63,147 bases of DNA, filler included, from Bigelowiella natans CCMP2755 (GCA_000320545.1; 12 parts of 12 records of this genome joined end to end with filler, not necessarily neighbours in it), one strand, 5' to 3'. Counted from the first letter of the whole stretch, positions 37,327 through 49,084 are shown. Made by a program: numbers and translations. The notes: a model not told the origin generated them from the letters alone.

Positions 37327-40060
37327 CTACTCGCAGATCTGGGCTTCAAAGAGGTTTGGCGTCCCGTAGATGTTAGCCTCGACAGAGTAGTTGTGAGTTC
37401 CGACCGTATGGCAAATCTGCAGGTAGTTCTCGGGTAGCGTCATCATGTAGGGCGGGCTCATTGGGACCTCGGTACCTGGAAACTCATGCGTCCAGAAAGG
37501 GGCACGGAGAGTGAGGCCTCCGCACTCGGAGATGTCCACTTTCTTGAGGACACGGAGCTCCTTCATCGCCTTCATATTGTAGTGCTGCCCGTCGATGAGG
37601 AATGACGTGCTGTCCTTAAGCGATGCGGTGCCTTCACCGTACCCGCCCGTCGACACGTAGTACCTGGTCAGAAGAAGAGAATGTGTTAGAAGACGATTCT
37701 CCTTACTATTATCTTTCCAATTCTTACTCGTTGTAGACACTCTCGCTCTTGTTCTGGCCGTCTGCACATCCACTTGTGTAGTTCCCGCTGTCATTCAGCA
37801 CCTCACACCGCGTAATGTCAATGTCACAGCCCCAGCCGGGGTACACATAATATCTGATGGGAGAAAGAGGGAAGAGGTAGGAGAGAGTGACTTAATAGCG
37901 AGTCGTGGTGATAAATGATGATGGCACACATGCACGCACGTACGCACCCTCACCACCAACGCATTAAGGAGGAGAGAGCTGTTTATTCATGATATATTAA
38001 TGGGTGAATATATTTTGTATTTCGTCACTGCAGCCCTAGGATGGGCACGTACTCGGCTTTGAGAGGATTCATGGTGTAGTTGAGATCATTATCGCCCCGA
38101 AGGTCGGAGGCGGGGTCGTAATCGAAATAGAAGGTTTTCGGCTCATTCAGCAGAAGCCCAGGCTCGTTGAGTCCAGGCCCGGCAATGTGAAAGAGACAGT
38201 AGTGGTAATTGTACGTCGTGTAGTCGTCCTTGCGGTAGCACGTTCCGTTGCCGTCGTCTCCATATACATAGAACGGCATTTCCTCGAGTTTGTGGCATTC
38301 CTCCGTACAGTTTTGCATAAGCACATGCTGGTCATCATACGTGATCATGTACGAGTAGTTGGTGCCGATTGCGTCTTTCTGATAGATGAGCGCGCTGCCG
38401 TTCTGCACGGAGCAGCCGTGGATCTCGGTGCCATTCTCGAAGAAGCGGTCCGGCCCGATCTCGATGCGAGTCCGCCAGTCAGTCTCCGCGTAGTGGTAGA
38501 ACGCCGTCTCATCGACGTAGCGAATGAATCCTCGCGACTTGGCATTGGTGAACAGGTAGTCGCCCTGGTCGTTATCCGCGCCATCATCCGCTTCGAGCTC
38601 GTACGTGAGCGAAAACCCTTGGTCCTCCTGCCTCAGGGTGCCGTAGACTGTAAGATGGTGCACGCGTCCTGCCTCGACGTCAACTACTCCTACGTAACCC
38701 GGGATGTAGATGTCAAGGGTCGCGTAGCCGGCGACGTCGCGCGAACGGACGCTGACTTCCAAAAGCGTGCTTTCATTTCCTTTGGTGCCCACCCCACAGA
38801 AGCGACGGTCGACCGTGGTGGTGAAGTACTTGCTCTGGCTTTTGAGGTTGGGATGGTCCCAGTTGGTCGCGGAGATCGAGCAGACAATCATCTCGGCGAA
38901 CTTGATTACCTCATTGAACCTAAATGATGTTGCCAGAAGGAGGGGGAAAGTCAAAAGAAAGCAGAGTAAGTCGCGTGGCATGTCTGAGGGAAAGCAAGTT
39001 ATGTTTCTGAGCGACGTCCGAGTTCCTTTGTTCAGCCTATTTTACCGACCTCCCCCCCCCTCCCTCTCCCCCCCCCTTCTCTGGGTGTGTATGTTGAGCT
39101 TGTTTTGCAGACCCATGTCCGGTTCCTGTCAGGTCGCTATAGCCGTAGCTGTTGCTGTGAATATGAATATCCTCTATGATCTGCTTTTCCGAGGTATCGA
39201 AGGCGGGAGCCGGGAAGTCGGTCGCCTGGAGGCTTGCCTTCTTGGTGCCGCTACGTGTCTGACTTTGGCGAAGGCTCCTAGTGTTGCGTCCTACGACAGC
39301 AAATGCATCCAAGATCGAATCAAACTTGAAAAGTTGTTCTTGCGTGCGACTCCTGGGACCATTGGCTGCACCGCCTCCGCCACTACCGCTACTCCCAGTG
39401 CTCACGCTTTCTGTCTTCGTTCCAATGATCTGGAGCGAAGAGGGCACGTGCATTTTCCCAAAAGGTCCGTGTTGAACCCCCGGTAGATTAGTCGTGCTCA
39501 GCGCAAAAGCTAAGACAACTATGGCGGTGGCGAAGGACAGAGTCACGCAGGTAGTCAATACCTTCTGGGACTTGCTCAACCCTCTCTGTTCAATATATAC
39601 ACACAATATATTAAAGGGCAATTTACAAGGAGGCGAGAGTAGAGGGTTAATCAGAATCAGGTGACATCATGAGGTTGCAAGAGGGAGAGTGAAGGTAGGC
39701 CCTTCCGCATTGCTCTATCCCTTGTGACCTACCGGTTCTCGAAGGTCATCTCGAAAGTCATCTCGAAGCTCAGAGTCAACGGCATCATATTCATCATATT
39801 CCTCATCATGATCTTCCTGTAAATCTACGGGCGATAGATCCGGATCGCTCAGGTACAGCTCCTCCTTCCGTAGGGAATCTGAAAGCAAATACAGATGGTG
39901 TCAAAGCCTCATTACATGGATCTGGAGAGTTGGAATGGTCTGATATGAGTGCTTAGGAAAGAGGCGGGGGCGGGTCCTACCCATCTGGATAACATCGTCG
40001 TCGTCCAGCGTCTGCCATCCCGTTCAGTGATGTGAGAAAATCACAAACAATTGAAATCAG
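37327..40060 (-). CDS. Hypothetical type II membrane protein with a large Cys/Tyr-containing ectodomain
   Basis: An acidic N-terminal exon, a TM segment VLTTCVTLSFATAIVVLAFALS, then long GC-rich exons (38030-38920 and 37327-37665) ending NLFEAQICE*. Confidence 0.6.
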
Positions 40061-40540
40061 TTAAGGTTGTCCAGTAAGATGTGCGGTGGAGGAATGGGCG
40101 TGGTCGTCGTATCAGCAAAGTTGTGAACATGCACGCAGATGATAGAAACTGCATCCTCAAAACTGTGGACGCGGGGCATAACCATGGAAGGCACTCCTTC
40201 GCCTCTCCCCTCGTCCTTCTTTGCTTGGCTAGCGAGGGATGATTGAGGAGGGGACGCGTATGAAGTAGTTATGCAAATAGCCCCTGTTTTTGCCCGTTTC
40301 CCTTCGACGTTACGTCGATACGCCATTTTTCGGCGAAGTATTTTTTCGGGACACAAAACGCCGCGAATTTCCTTGCATTTGTTGTCATTTCCTTTTAGAA
40401 CGCACCAGCCCGGATGTCTGCCGATCAGCCCAACGTCCATCTCGCGTACTCATCGCACTGCTGCGCTTTCATCGGGCCTGGCATCCTGCAGCAGCTGCCT
40501 TGGAGTGCAGTGATCATTCCCGGGGCCTACACTTTCCAGG

Positions 40541-41542
40541 ATGTCAAATGCTAATGTAGATCTACCGAGCCGTGCACAGCCCGTGCAGCTTAGAGGAGAG
40601 ATCGAAAGTGTGATGCGCGAAATCGAGACACTGCGGAAGGAAAACGCGGAGTTGAAAGGTATTGGATCGGTAGTCGAGTTGTTGAGACAAGAGGTCGATC
40701 AATGTAAACGCCAGAACGAGATATTGAAACAGCGCATCAGGCTGGCTTCGATGCGCACACCTACCTTAAGCGTTTGCTACAGTGTTGATGTGGATGCAGC
40801 ATCTCTATTCTGGGACTTCGACCTGATAGTGGTCGATTCGAATTGCCGCGAAGATGCTGTGAAGGCATTAGCAACGGACGGCAGGATCGTATTTGGATAT
40901 CTCAGTTTGGGAGCAGTAGACAAAGGTAGAGCATGGTATAGCACCCTCGAAGAGAAGAAATGTCTGGCGGGAGAAAACAAGGGGTACACAAGTGTAAGGA
41001 TTAACCTTGCCAATCCAGCTGCAGGCAAGTTGTTCCTAGACACTGTTATTCCCGAAATGAAACAAAAGGGTTTCAACGGTTTATTCCTTGACGACCTTGA
41101 TTTGATCTACACGCACAATCAGGGAAAATACGCTGTAGAGCTCATGGGAGCAATTCGCGAGAAATACCCATCGCTAAAACTCTTTGCGAACCGAGGTTTG
41201 GAAATATTGGGAGATTACGCAAAACACATCGATTACGTCCTTTTGGAGAGCTGTTTTGCATTGAATGGCACCATGAGAGACCAAGGGGACCCACAATGGG
41301 CGCTTAGTCATCTAAAGAAAGGCCAAAAGGCAAACCCTGGCCTGGTGGGCTGTGCCTTGGATTACTTCGCTGACAAAGAAGAAAAGGATCGGAAAATCTC
41401 CACCGAACAAGCAGATTTAATTGAAAAAATTAAACAGGCCCACAAATTGCATGGTTTGGTCTCGTGCGTTTCAGTTAAGGCGCTTGATGTTGCCGTCCGC
41501 CGCCGGTGGAGCAGCACATCATGTCAGATGTCGGGTGTCTAA
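40541..41542 (+). CDS. Intronless GH114/PelA-like (endo-alpha-1,4-galactosaminidase-type TIM barrel) protein with an N-terminal coiled coil
   Basis: FDLIVVD, VFGYLSLG, N..Y.S..INLANP, KGFNGLFLDDLD, IREKYPSLKLFANRGLEIL and DYVLLES are the motif series of GH114/GH166 hydrolase domains. Confidence 0.75.
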   Translation: MSNANVDLPSRAQPVQLRGEIESVMREIETLRKENAELKGIGSVVELLRQEVDQCKRQNEILKQRIRLASMRTPTLSVCYSVDVDAASLFWDFDLIVVDSNCREDAVKALATDGRIVFGYLSLGAVDKGRAWYSTLEEKKCLAGENKGYTSVRINLANPAAGKLFLDTVIPEMKQKGFNGLFLDDLDLIYTHNQGKYAVELMGAIREKYPSLKLFANRGLEILGDYAKHIDYVLLESCFALNGTMRDQGDPQWALSHLKKGQKANPGLVGCALDYFADKEEKDRKISTEQADLIEKIKQAHKLHGLVSCVSVKALDVAVRRRWSSTSCQMSGV

Positions 41543-41579
41543 CCGAAAGATCAGAAGTGCATGCTGATGCACGTGTTGT

Positions 41580-42960
41580 TGAAAACGCCGCAAAAAGTGC
41601 AACTCAATGATGGCGCATTGCTAGATTGTTCATCGTGCTGCATGTTCCTTTTTTTTGGTTTGCACCGTGTTTGCTGGCATCATTTGAATTGCATTTGGGC
41701 ATCGCTAGGTCACGCATGGGCATCGTCCACAGCTTGATCGTGGCGCGATGCGTGCGTACATCACTGCGACAGCGAGCCACCAGCACGGCTAGACGGCACA
41801 GCATTGAGCAAAACCGCTGTGTGTCATCAGTCATCAGACAAGCGCGAATGTGTTTTTTCAGTCAGCTCGATCGATCCGCACAGCAGCTGAGCTCACATCG
41901 GTCGTCGCGTGGGATGTTCAACTCGCATGCACAGCGGCTGCGAGGACAGCTAGACGGTCTAGCAGTGCTAGCAGTTCATGTGAGCTGGAAGCTGAGCGAG
42001 GTGCTTTTGCAGTGCCAAGTCTAGCACATCCTGGAAAAATTGCAACTCATGCCAAGGCCAGAAGGCACGCGTGTTGTGCCGTCGGTTGTGCAGGAGGCCA
42101 CTCCACGAGTTGTCGAAGAGATGGATTTCTTGATTCCTGGGTGCTGAACTGCTTCGTGCAGCTCTTCTGCCCATGCATTGCTAGATTGATGTCCGGAGTT
42201 GTCCGAAGGTTTTGCTGTCTGTTGAGGTCAGGTGCCTGAAGGTGTCCAAAACAAGAAACAAGAAACAACGCTGATCGTCTCGACTGCACCACCAAAGCAT
42301 TGCATGACACTTGCAACGTGCGAAACGCGGTGGCTCGAGCTGAAAACAACGAGTGCTCTCTGCTAGCTCTGGTGTGAAAACCAGCGTGACGCAAAATTGG
42401 AGTGCAATGGCTGCAGCGAGCACAACCAAAAGTGGAGAGGAACATTGAACATTGAACATTGAACATTGAACATTGAAATGAATCATCTGAGCATCAATGC
42501 AAAACAACGTGCGCAAGAAAAACATTGGAAACATGCGTTTGCACGCACCAGCGTCCACAAGCAAAAATCATTGCGAGGGCTGTGTTTTTGCATGTGTCAA
42601 ACTACTCATGTGTTGCCATCTTTGAGTTAGGACTGCAAAAAATGGGGGGGGGGTAGTCTGATCAGTGCAAGGGCTTGAGGAACGAAACAAAGGAAGGAAC
42701 GTTGATTTGTTGAGCTGGGCAGTGTGCCCTTGGATGGAAATGGAGATTCCTTGGAGTGTCTCCTTGTCAGAGCTGTTGATTTGTTGATGAGTTGAGAGCT
42801 GGGCAGCGTGCCCATGGCGCTTTTTTCCTACGACAAAGAGCAACAACGCCCAATCGCTTGAAAGCTTGAAGGAGGCCCTCATTTTTTAATTGCGACAAGA
42901 TGCGACAAACAAAAGACAATCAAACCCATTCGGCAACACATGTCCAAGATCACAATGCTC
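41580..42960. other. TpA-depleted degenerate (probably repeat-derived) tract, including (AACATTG)5 at 42441-42475
   Basis: About 10 TA in 41581-42600 by eye, many spurious overlapping ORFs and no recognisable protein. Confidence 0.7.
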
Positions 42961-43533
42961 CAAATCTATGCACACATCATTAGAAGTCTTGCATAGTTTA
43001 GTCCTCTTACACATCGTACTTTTCCCGATGCGGCGGAAGTTGTTTTTAGATTGTCGCTCGCTAGAACTGCAGGGGGTCCTGCGGGCTGCTGAGCTACTGT
43101 TAGCGAAGAGCAGCCTCGAGCACCCAGTGCACTAAAATCAAGAGGTTGCGAGTCCGAGAATCGGAACTCGGCGCGATGAAAAGCACACATGTGACGTAAA
43201 GGACCGCTCCTTTCAACGCAGGGCATTGGATTGAAGGAGGACCAATGCCTGGCACTTACGAGCGTCGACGCGTCAGGATGTTCAGTGCTAATCTCACTGC
43301 TTTGGAATTTTTCTTGTGAACATTCTCGATCGAAAGACAGAAACGAACCGTGGCTTTGCGCTGCGGCATTTCCATGTGCCACATTTTGAGGAAAATCGGG
43401 TCATGTCCCTAATGCAAGGAATCTGTTCTTAGCAAAGTTTCCGGCTTGCCATGCTCCTTTCGTGGCTGCGTAGCTGTTACGAGCAACGCAAAACCCGGCA
43501 CGCTAATCCCCTCCCACAACCCAACTGGACGCA

Positions 43534-46353
43534 ATGATTGCAGCACTTTCGATCCTTGCACTAGCTTCTACCGCTGCCGGACAGGCTGCGCCACCGCCTG
43601 CACCAGCAGCACCAGTGACCATGGCCGAAGTACTAGCGAATCAGGAAGCGTGGAAAGATGCCATCTTGGCTATCAGTAATTCATTCCTGCGAGGCGGCGA
43701 CTACATCGATGTTGCCAACGAGGCTGCCGCAAGGCTCTACGGCTACGCAGACAACAACGTTCTGTTCAAGCCTACAAAAGCTGCTGAGTTTCCATTCCGT
43801 CCAACTGCAACAGGAGCGCTGTCTTACTTCGTCGGAGGCGATGTTGTAGACGGGGGATTTGCGGAAGATGGGGGATTTGCCATCAACGGTGGCGACGGAT
43901 GGAGCAATGTTACATTCGTAAACCACCAGATTGATCTCAACGGTGGCGTTGCAATAGCAATGGGAACCTATTTCTTCACCTCCGCCAAAGATGGAAGTGT
44001 GTCTGAAGTCCATTACACCTTCGCGTACAAGCGTAGTCCTGACGGAATAGTTCGCATCTTTGTTCACCACTCATCCGTGCCGTACGCTGAGCCTCCCACG
44101 CCTATTACCGAGGCTGAGGTGCTTACGGCTCAGGATAAGTGGGCTAGGGCCATTTTGGACATTTCCAGATCCTTCCTTACCGGTGGCGACTACATCCAAA
44201 ACGCAAGCAATGCGGCTGCTGAGCTCTACGGTTACGCGAATATGAGTGTCCTCTTCAAGCCAACCCAAGCTGCTGAGTATCCGTTCCGTCCCACTGCAAC
44301 AGGAGCGCTGTCCTACTTCGTCGGTGGCGGGGTTGTGGATGGTGGCTTCGAAGAAGATGGAGGATTTGCTATCAACGGCGGCGATGGATGGAGCAATGTC
44401 ATCTTCCAGAACCATCAGATTGACCTCAACGGCGACATTGCCGTTGCTATGGGAACCTACTACTTCACCTCTGCTAAGACTGGAGAGGACACTGAAGTTC
44501 ACTACACCTTCGGCTACAAGCGAAACCCCGAGGGCGAGGTACGCATCTTCGTTCACCACTCCTCAGTGCCTTACGCCGAGGCTCCTAAAAAAGTTGAGGA
44601 GGCTCAGGTACTTGCAGCCCAGGACAAGTGGGCAAATGCCATTTTGACCATCAGTAGCACGTATCTTGCCGGCGGCGACTTTGTCAAGGCAGCCAGCGAT
44701 GCCGCGGCTGAGCTCTACGGCTACGCTAACATGAGTGTCCTTTTCAAGCCAACCCAAGCTGCTGAGTATCCGTTCCGTCCCACAGCAACAGGAGCGCTGT
44801 CCTACTTCGTCGGTGGCGGGGTTGTGGATGGTGGCTTCGAAGAAGATGGAGGATTTGCTATCAACGGCGGCGACGGGTGGAACAAGGTTGTGTTCGAGAA
44901 CCATCAGATCGACACTAGCGCCCCTGGTGTTGCCATTGCCATGGGAACCTACTACTTCACTTCAGCTAAAGATGGAAGCGTGTCTGAAGTTCAGTACACT
45001 TTCGGCTACAAGTTTAACAGTGAGGGTGAGCTACGCATCACCGCACATCACTCCTCTGTGCCATGCATGGCGACCCCTGTTCCCATTACTGAGGGTGAGG
45101 TCCGTGCAGCACAAGACCAGTGGGCAAGCGCCATTTTGGAAATTAGCAACTCCTACCTTCGAGGTGGCGACTTTGTCGCTGTTGCTAACCAAGCTGCTGC
45201 TGATCTCTACGGTTGTTCAAACATGAGTGTCCTTTTCAAGCCAACCCAAGCTGCTGAGCATCCGTTCCGTCCCACAGCAACAGGAGCGCTGTCCTACTTC
45301 GTCGGTGGCGGGGTTGTGGATGGTGGCTTCGAAGAAGATGGAGGATTTGCTATCAACGGCGGCGATGGATGGAGCAAGGTTGTGTTCGAGAACCACCAAA
45401 TTGACACTACCAGCCCCGCTGTTGCCATCGCCATGGGAACCTACTACTTCACTTCTGCTAAAGATGGAAGCGTGTCTGAAGTTCAATACACCTTCGGCTA
45501 CAAGCGTAACAATGAGGGCGAGCTATGCATCACCGCACATCACTCCTCCGTGCCATATGTGGTATCTGCTGTTCCTATTACTGAGTCAGAGGTTCTGGCA
45601 GCACAGGATGCGTGGAAACAGGCCATTTTGGACATCAGTAACGCCTACCTTCTAGGTAACGACTACGTCGCTGTTGCTAACCAAGCTGCTGCTGATCTCT
45701 ACGGCTACGCTAACATGAGTGTCCTCTTCAAGCCTACCAAAGCTGCTGAGTTCCCGTTCCGCCCAACCGCAACGGGGGCCTTGTCTTACTTCGTCGGCGG
45801 CGATGTTGTCACGGATGGCTTTAGTGAAGATGCTGGATTTGCTATCAACGGCGGCGACGGGTGGAGCAAGGTCATCTTCAGGAACCACCAGATTGACCTC
45901 AACGGCAACGTAGCTATCGCCATGGGTACCTACTACTTCACTTCGGCTAAAGATGGAAGCGAGTCCGAGGTGCAGTATACATTTGGCTACAAGCGTAACC
46001 CTGAAGGCGAGCTCCGTATCAGCGCCCATCACTCATCTGTGCCATACAGCAGCGCCGCTGCTGCATCAAGTGGAGACACTGTTACTGAAGCAGATCTGGA
46101 TAACTTGAGGGAGGACACCATCGCAGTAGTCGTCGCTTTTTCTGTCATCGTACCAATCCTTCTGCTGATTAACATCGCTGTTTGCTGGTTCCTCTTCAGG
46201 AAGGTTGGTACCAATGACCAGGTTACGTACACATACAAGAACAACGGAGGTTCGAAAGATCTTAATGAGAAAGATAACATTGGAATGATGAAAAGGGAAA
46301 GCCTTGGCAGCGTGGTGGAAGATACCAAGGGTAGAGGCATGGAGGCAGTCTAG
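43534..46353 (+). CDS. Iota-class (COG4337-type) carbonic anhydrase with five tandem domains, a signal peptide and a C-terminal transmembrane anchor
   Basis: Intronless 939-aa ORF with the signal peptide MIAALSILALASTAAG. Five ~163-aa repeats each carry LYGY..VLFKPT.A, GALSYFVGG, EDGGFA, AIAMGTYxFT, YTFGYK and HHSSVPY. TM segment IAVVVAFSVIVPILLLINIAVCWFLF. Confidence 0.9.
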   Translation: MIAALSILALASTAAGQAAPPPAPAAPVTMAEVLANQEAWKDAILAISNSFLRGGDYIDVANEAAARLYGYADNNVLFKPTKAAEFPFRPTATGALSYFVGGDVVDGGFAEDGGFAINGGDGWSNVTFVNHQIDLNGGVAIAMGTYFFTSAKDGSVSEVHYTFAYKRSPDGIVRIFVHHSSVPYAEPPTPITEAEVLTAQDKWARAILDISRSFLTGGDYIQNASNAAAELYGYANMSVLFKPTQAAEYPFRPTATGALSYFVGGGVVDGGFEEDGGFAINGGDGWSNVIFQNHQIDLNGDIAVAMGTYYFTSAKTGEDTEVHYTFGYKRNPEGEVRIFVHHSSVPYAEAPKKVEEAQVLAAQDKWANAILTISSTYLAGGDFVKAASDAAAELYGYANMSVLFKPTQAAEYPFRPTATGALSYFVGGGVVDGGFEEDGGFAINGGDGWNKVVFENHQIDTSAPGVAIAMGTYYFTSAKDGSVSEVQYTFGYKFNSEGELRITAHHSSVPCMATPVPITEGEVRAAQDQWASAILEISNSYLRGGDFVAVANQAAADLYGCSNMSVLFKPTQAAEHPFRPTATGALSYFVGGGVVDGGFEEDGGFAINGGDGWSKVVFENHQIDTTSPAVAIAMGTYYFTSAKDGSVSEVQYTFGYKRNNEGELCITAHHSSVPYVVSAVPITESEVLAAQDAWKQAILDISNAYLLGNDYVAVANQAAADLYGYANMSVLFKPTKAAEFPFRPTATGALSYFVGGDVVTDGFSEDAGFAINGGDGWSKVIFRNHQIDLNGNVAIAMGTYYFTSAKDGSESEVQYTFGYKRNPEGELRISAHHSSVPYSSAAAASSGDTVTEADLDNLREDTIAVVVAFSVIVPILLLINIAVCWFLFRKVGTNDQVTYTYKNNGGSKDLNEKDNIGMMKRESLGSVVEDTKGRGMEAV

Positions 46354-47247
46354 ACATACACATTTCTTTCACGGCAGTAAAGTCTGAAGGAATATGAATT
46401 AACGATGATGATGATTTTGTTTCCCTGAGCACTAAAAGATGATGATGATTGTTGTTTGTTGGAGATGAACACTAGTCGTTTTATTCTTAAATTTCACCTA
46501 ATATTCATCAAAGTATTGTGTGACCGAGTAATCTTGAGAAAGGCATTCATTGTCATGAATGGCACAAAACCCAATTCGAGCACGGCTAGAAGTTGCGCAA
46601 CAAGCACCGGAAATTGCAAGGACATGAACACTGTGTTCAGCTGTATGTGCAGCCTTGCAGCAGAGGCCTAACTAGCCCAATCAAGCTACTTTTATGCATG
46701 CTCAAGCACCGCATGAGCGCGGAAGCTTCAAATCCTCGATCTGCCCCGCCTCGCCCATGAACTCTCCTCTATGTCCATTACACGTAAGCCTCACATTAGG
46801 CTAGCTAGGTAACATCGCTAGCATCCGCGCACGACAGACGATGCCATATATGTGCATGTGCATGCGTGCGCACCCGCCGCATTAACGTCATTTACGCTGC
46901 GGTACTGAGCCTTATTAGATGCAACAGATGTGCAATGTCTTTTATCAGTACATCGCAGACTTAAGGCTAGTAGGCTGTATCATACTATCCGAAGACGTAA
47001 ACACTCTATGCAATGCCGAGGAAGGGATATGTATTCATTCTTAAATAATTGAGCAAGCAGTGTACTCTGGTAATATTAAGTTAGTTGGCACGCCAGGTAA
47101 ACAAGCTTCCCATTGTCACACTAACTTCACTGCATCATGCGATGTCCAGCGGTAAACTACTAATTTCTTTCTCGTGAATCAAAATCGATTCTCCTTCTTC
47201 TTCGAGATATTTCAATCAATATGGCACTAGTAACCAAGCTATGTATC

Positions 47248-48382
47248 CTAAATGACGTTACTCATCATTTGTTCCAGGTAAGCTTCGTAGTGAATTTTTC
47301 CTGGGGAATAAAATGGGTAAATTTTTACATTACACACAAATCGAGAGTAAGAGATTAAATTTGTCTCAATACCTGTTCTGGAATCCTTTGCTACGCTAAG
47401 GAAGTCTTCTACTTCTTTGTCATGAAAGGCAAAATTATTTGACGTGAGCGCCTCCACAATAACTTGTTCATCTATTTCGCCTTTTCCTTCAGGATCAAGC
47501 ACCTACGTGGCCGCCCGTTTTAGGTAAAAATCATTGATGGTATCAAAGTAAAGAAGCTACCCTAAAAGCTTGGAGAATCGTATCGCGGTCATCAGGCTGA
47601 TACAAGTTCTTCTTTAGCACCTGAGCAGATCAATGTGGGCTTACTATCCAATTTTGACGTCACCAAAAAATTGATTCTTAAGACTACCTTGATCATAAAC
47701 TCCTCGAATCGGTCGTATCGCACCCTAATTTCTTCATCCTCCTTGATTTGCTTTATTATATCATTTGATACATCTTCCTCAGTGGGATATGCCCCCAGAT
47801 ACCTCATGATCGATCGCACCTCACTGATTAAAGGGAAACACAGAACACATTTTGAGAACGAAGGGTGGTTGCAGCTAGGTAGATACTGGCATCATCATAT
47901 TCGATCTCTTTCTTCTGAAAATATTTATCGGTTCGCACAGGAATTAAACATATGGGCATACCGTTCGTCGCATGTATTGTTGTTCTCGCTGTCAAAAGGC
48001 TCGAACGCCTCCCGGATTCGCCGTTTTATCGGATGATCAGGGTCGTTCGTGTCAAGAACCTGTGGGACCTCCTCCTCCTCATGGTCTCCTTGTTTCTCTT
48101 CCCCCTCCTTCTCTTCTCCGCCTTTGGCCCCGGAAGAGCCAGTTTGCACTTCTTTCTTACCTTCCTCTTGTGGCTTCTCTGTGTTGCTCTTCGCCTCCTG
48201 AGGTGGGAAGAGGTGTGAGTTATTATTTCTTTGACAAATTCAGGGAGCACGAATGCAACTTCTTTTCCCATCACCCTGCAAATTGTTCCATAGAGCTGAG
48301 AATGAAATACTACCTCTGGGGCTGGGCCATCGGTGGCCTTCTTCTCCTCTCCTTGAGGGGAAGCAGCGGTAACGTCTGCCAT
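47248..48382 (-). CDS. EFCAB2: EF-hand calcium-binding protein 2 / dynein regulatory complex subunit 8
   Basis: Spliced RIREAFEPFDSENNNTCDERE-VRSIMRYLGAYPTEED..VRYDRFEEFM..TILQAFR-VLDPEGKG..EVEDFLSVAKD..GKIHYEAY, matching the DRC8/EFCAB2 pattern. Confidence 0.85.
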
Positions 48383-48899
48383 CGTTGATGAGGAACTCTG
48401 AAACCGATGATGTTGCAGCTGATTGTTTGCTCTGCTTGATAAATCAGTGAAAATGCAGGCCATTTTATTCGATTTCCTCCTAAGAAGGGCAACCGATCTT
48501 TGAATCTTGCTAGATCGGAAATAACCCGATAAAACGAGTGCATTTTCTGGAACTTGTTCATGTGTAATTTGCTGCTATCGCCAATCTGCTTGCAGACAGC
48601 TTTCTGTACAATTTAGTACAATTTTATATGCCGAAAATATCCCAAGGAGATCTCTTGCTTTGAGGATATATTAATACAATATGAAATTTAGGATATTTTA
48701 AGGATGCGGCATAGAGTTTTGTCCGAATAACTTAAAAACGACGCATCGGTGAATATTATTGCAGTAATAACTCCGATAGGATGGGTGCCCTCTCCCCTGC
48801 TGCCCAGAAAATGAACACGAATAAAAATGCACACAGACAAAAACTCGCGAGCACAATGCCAACACTACAATGCCAACACTCACACATCCACACACACAA

Positions 48900-48967
<68 letters not shown>

Positions 48968-49002
48968 CATATATTTGCATGCTTACATATTCATTTTCTC
49001 TT

Positions 49003-49084
<82 letters not shown>

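Noticed and set aside
43600-46050. Repeated ~490-bp units as a CRISPR-like or satellite array
   Set aside because: They are in-frame protein-domain repeats of the carbonic anhydrase.
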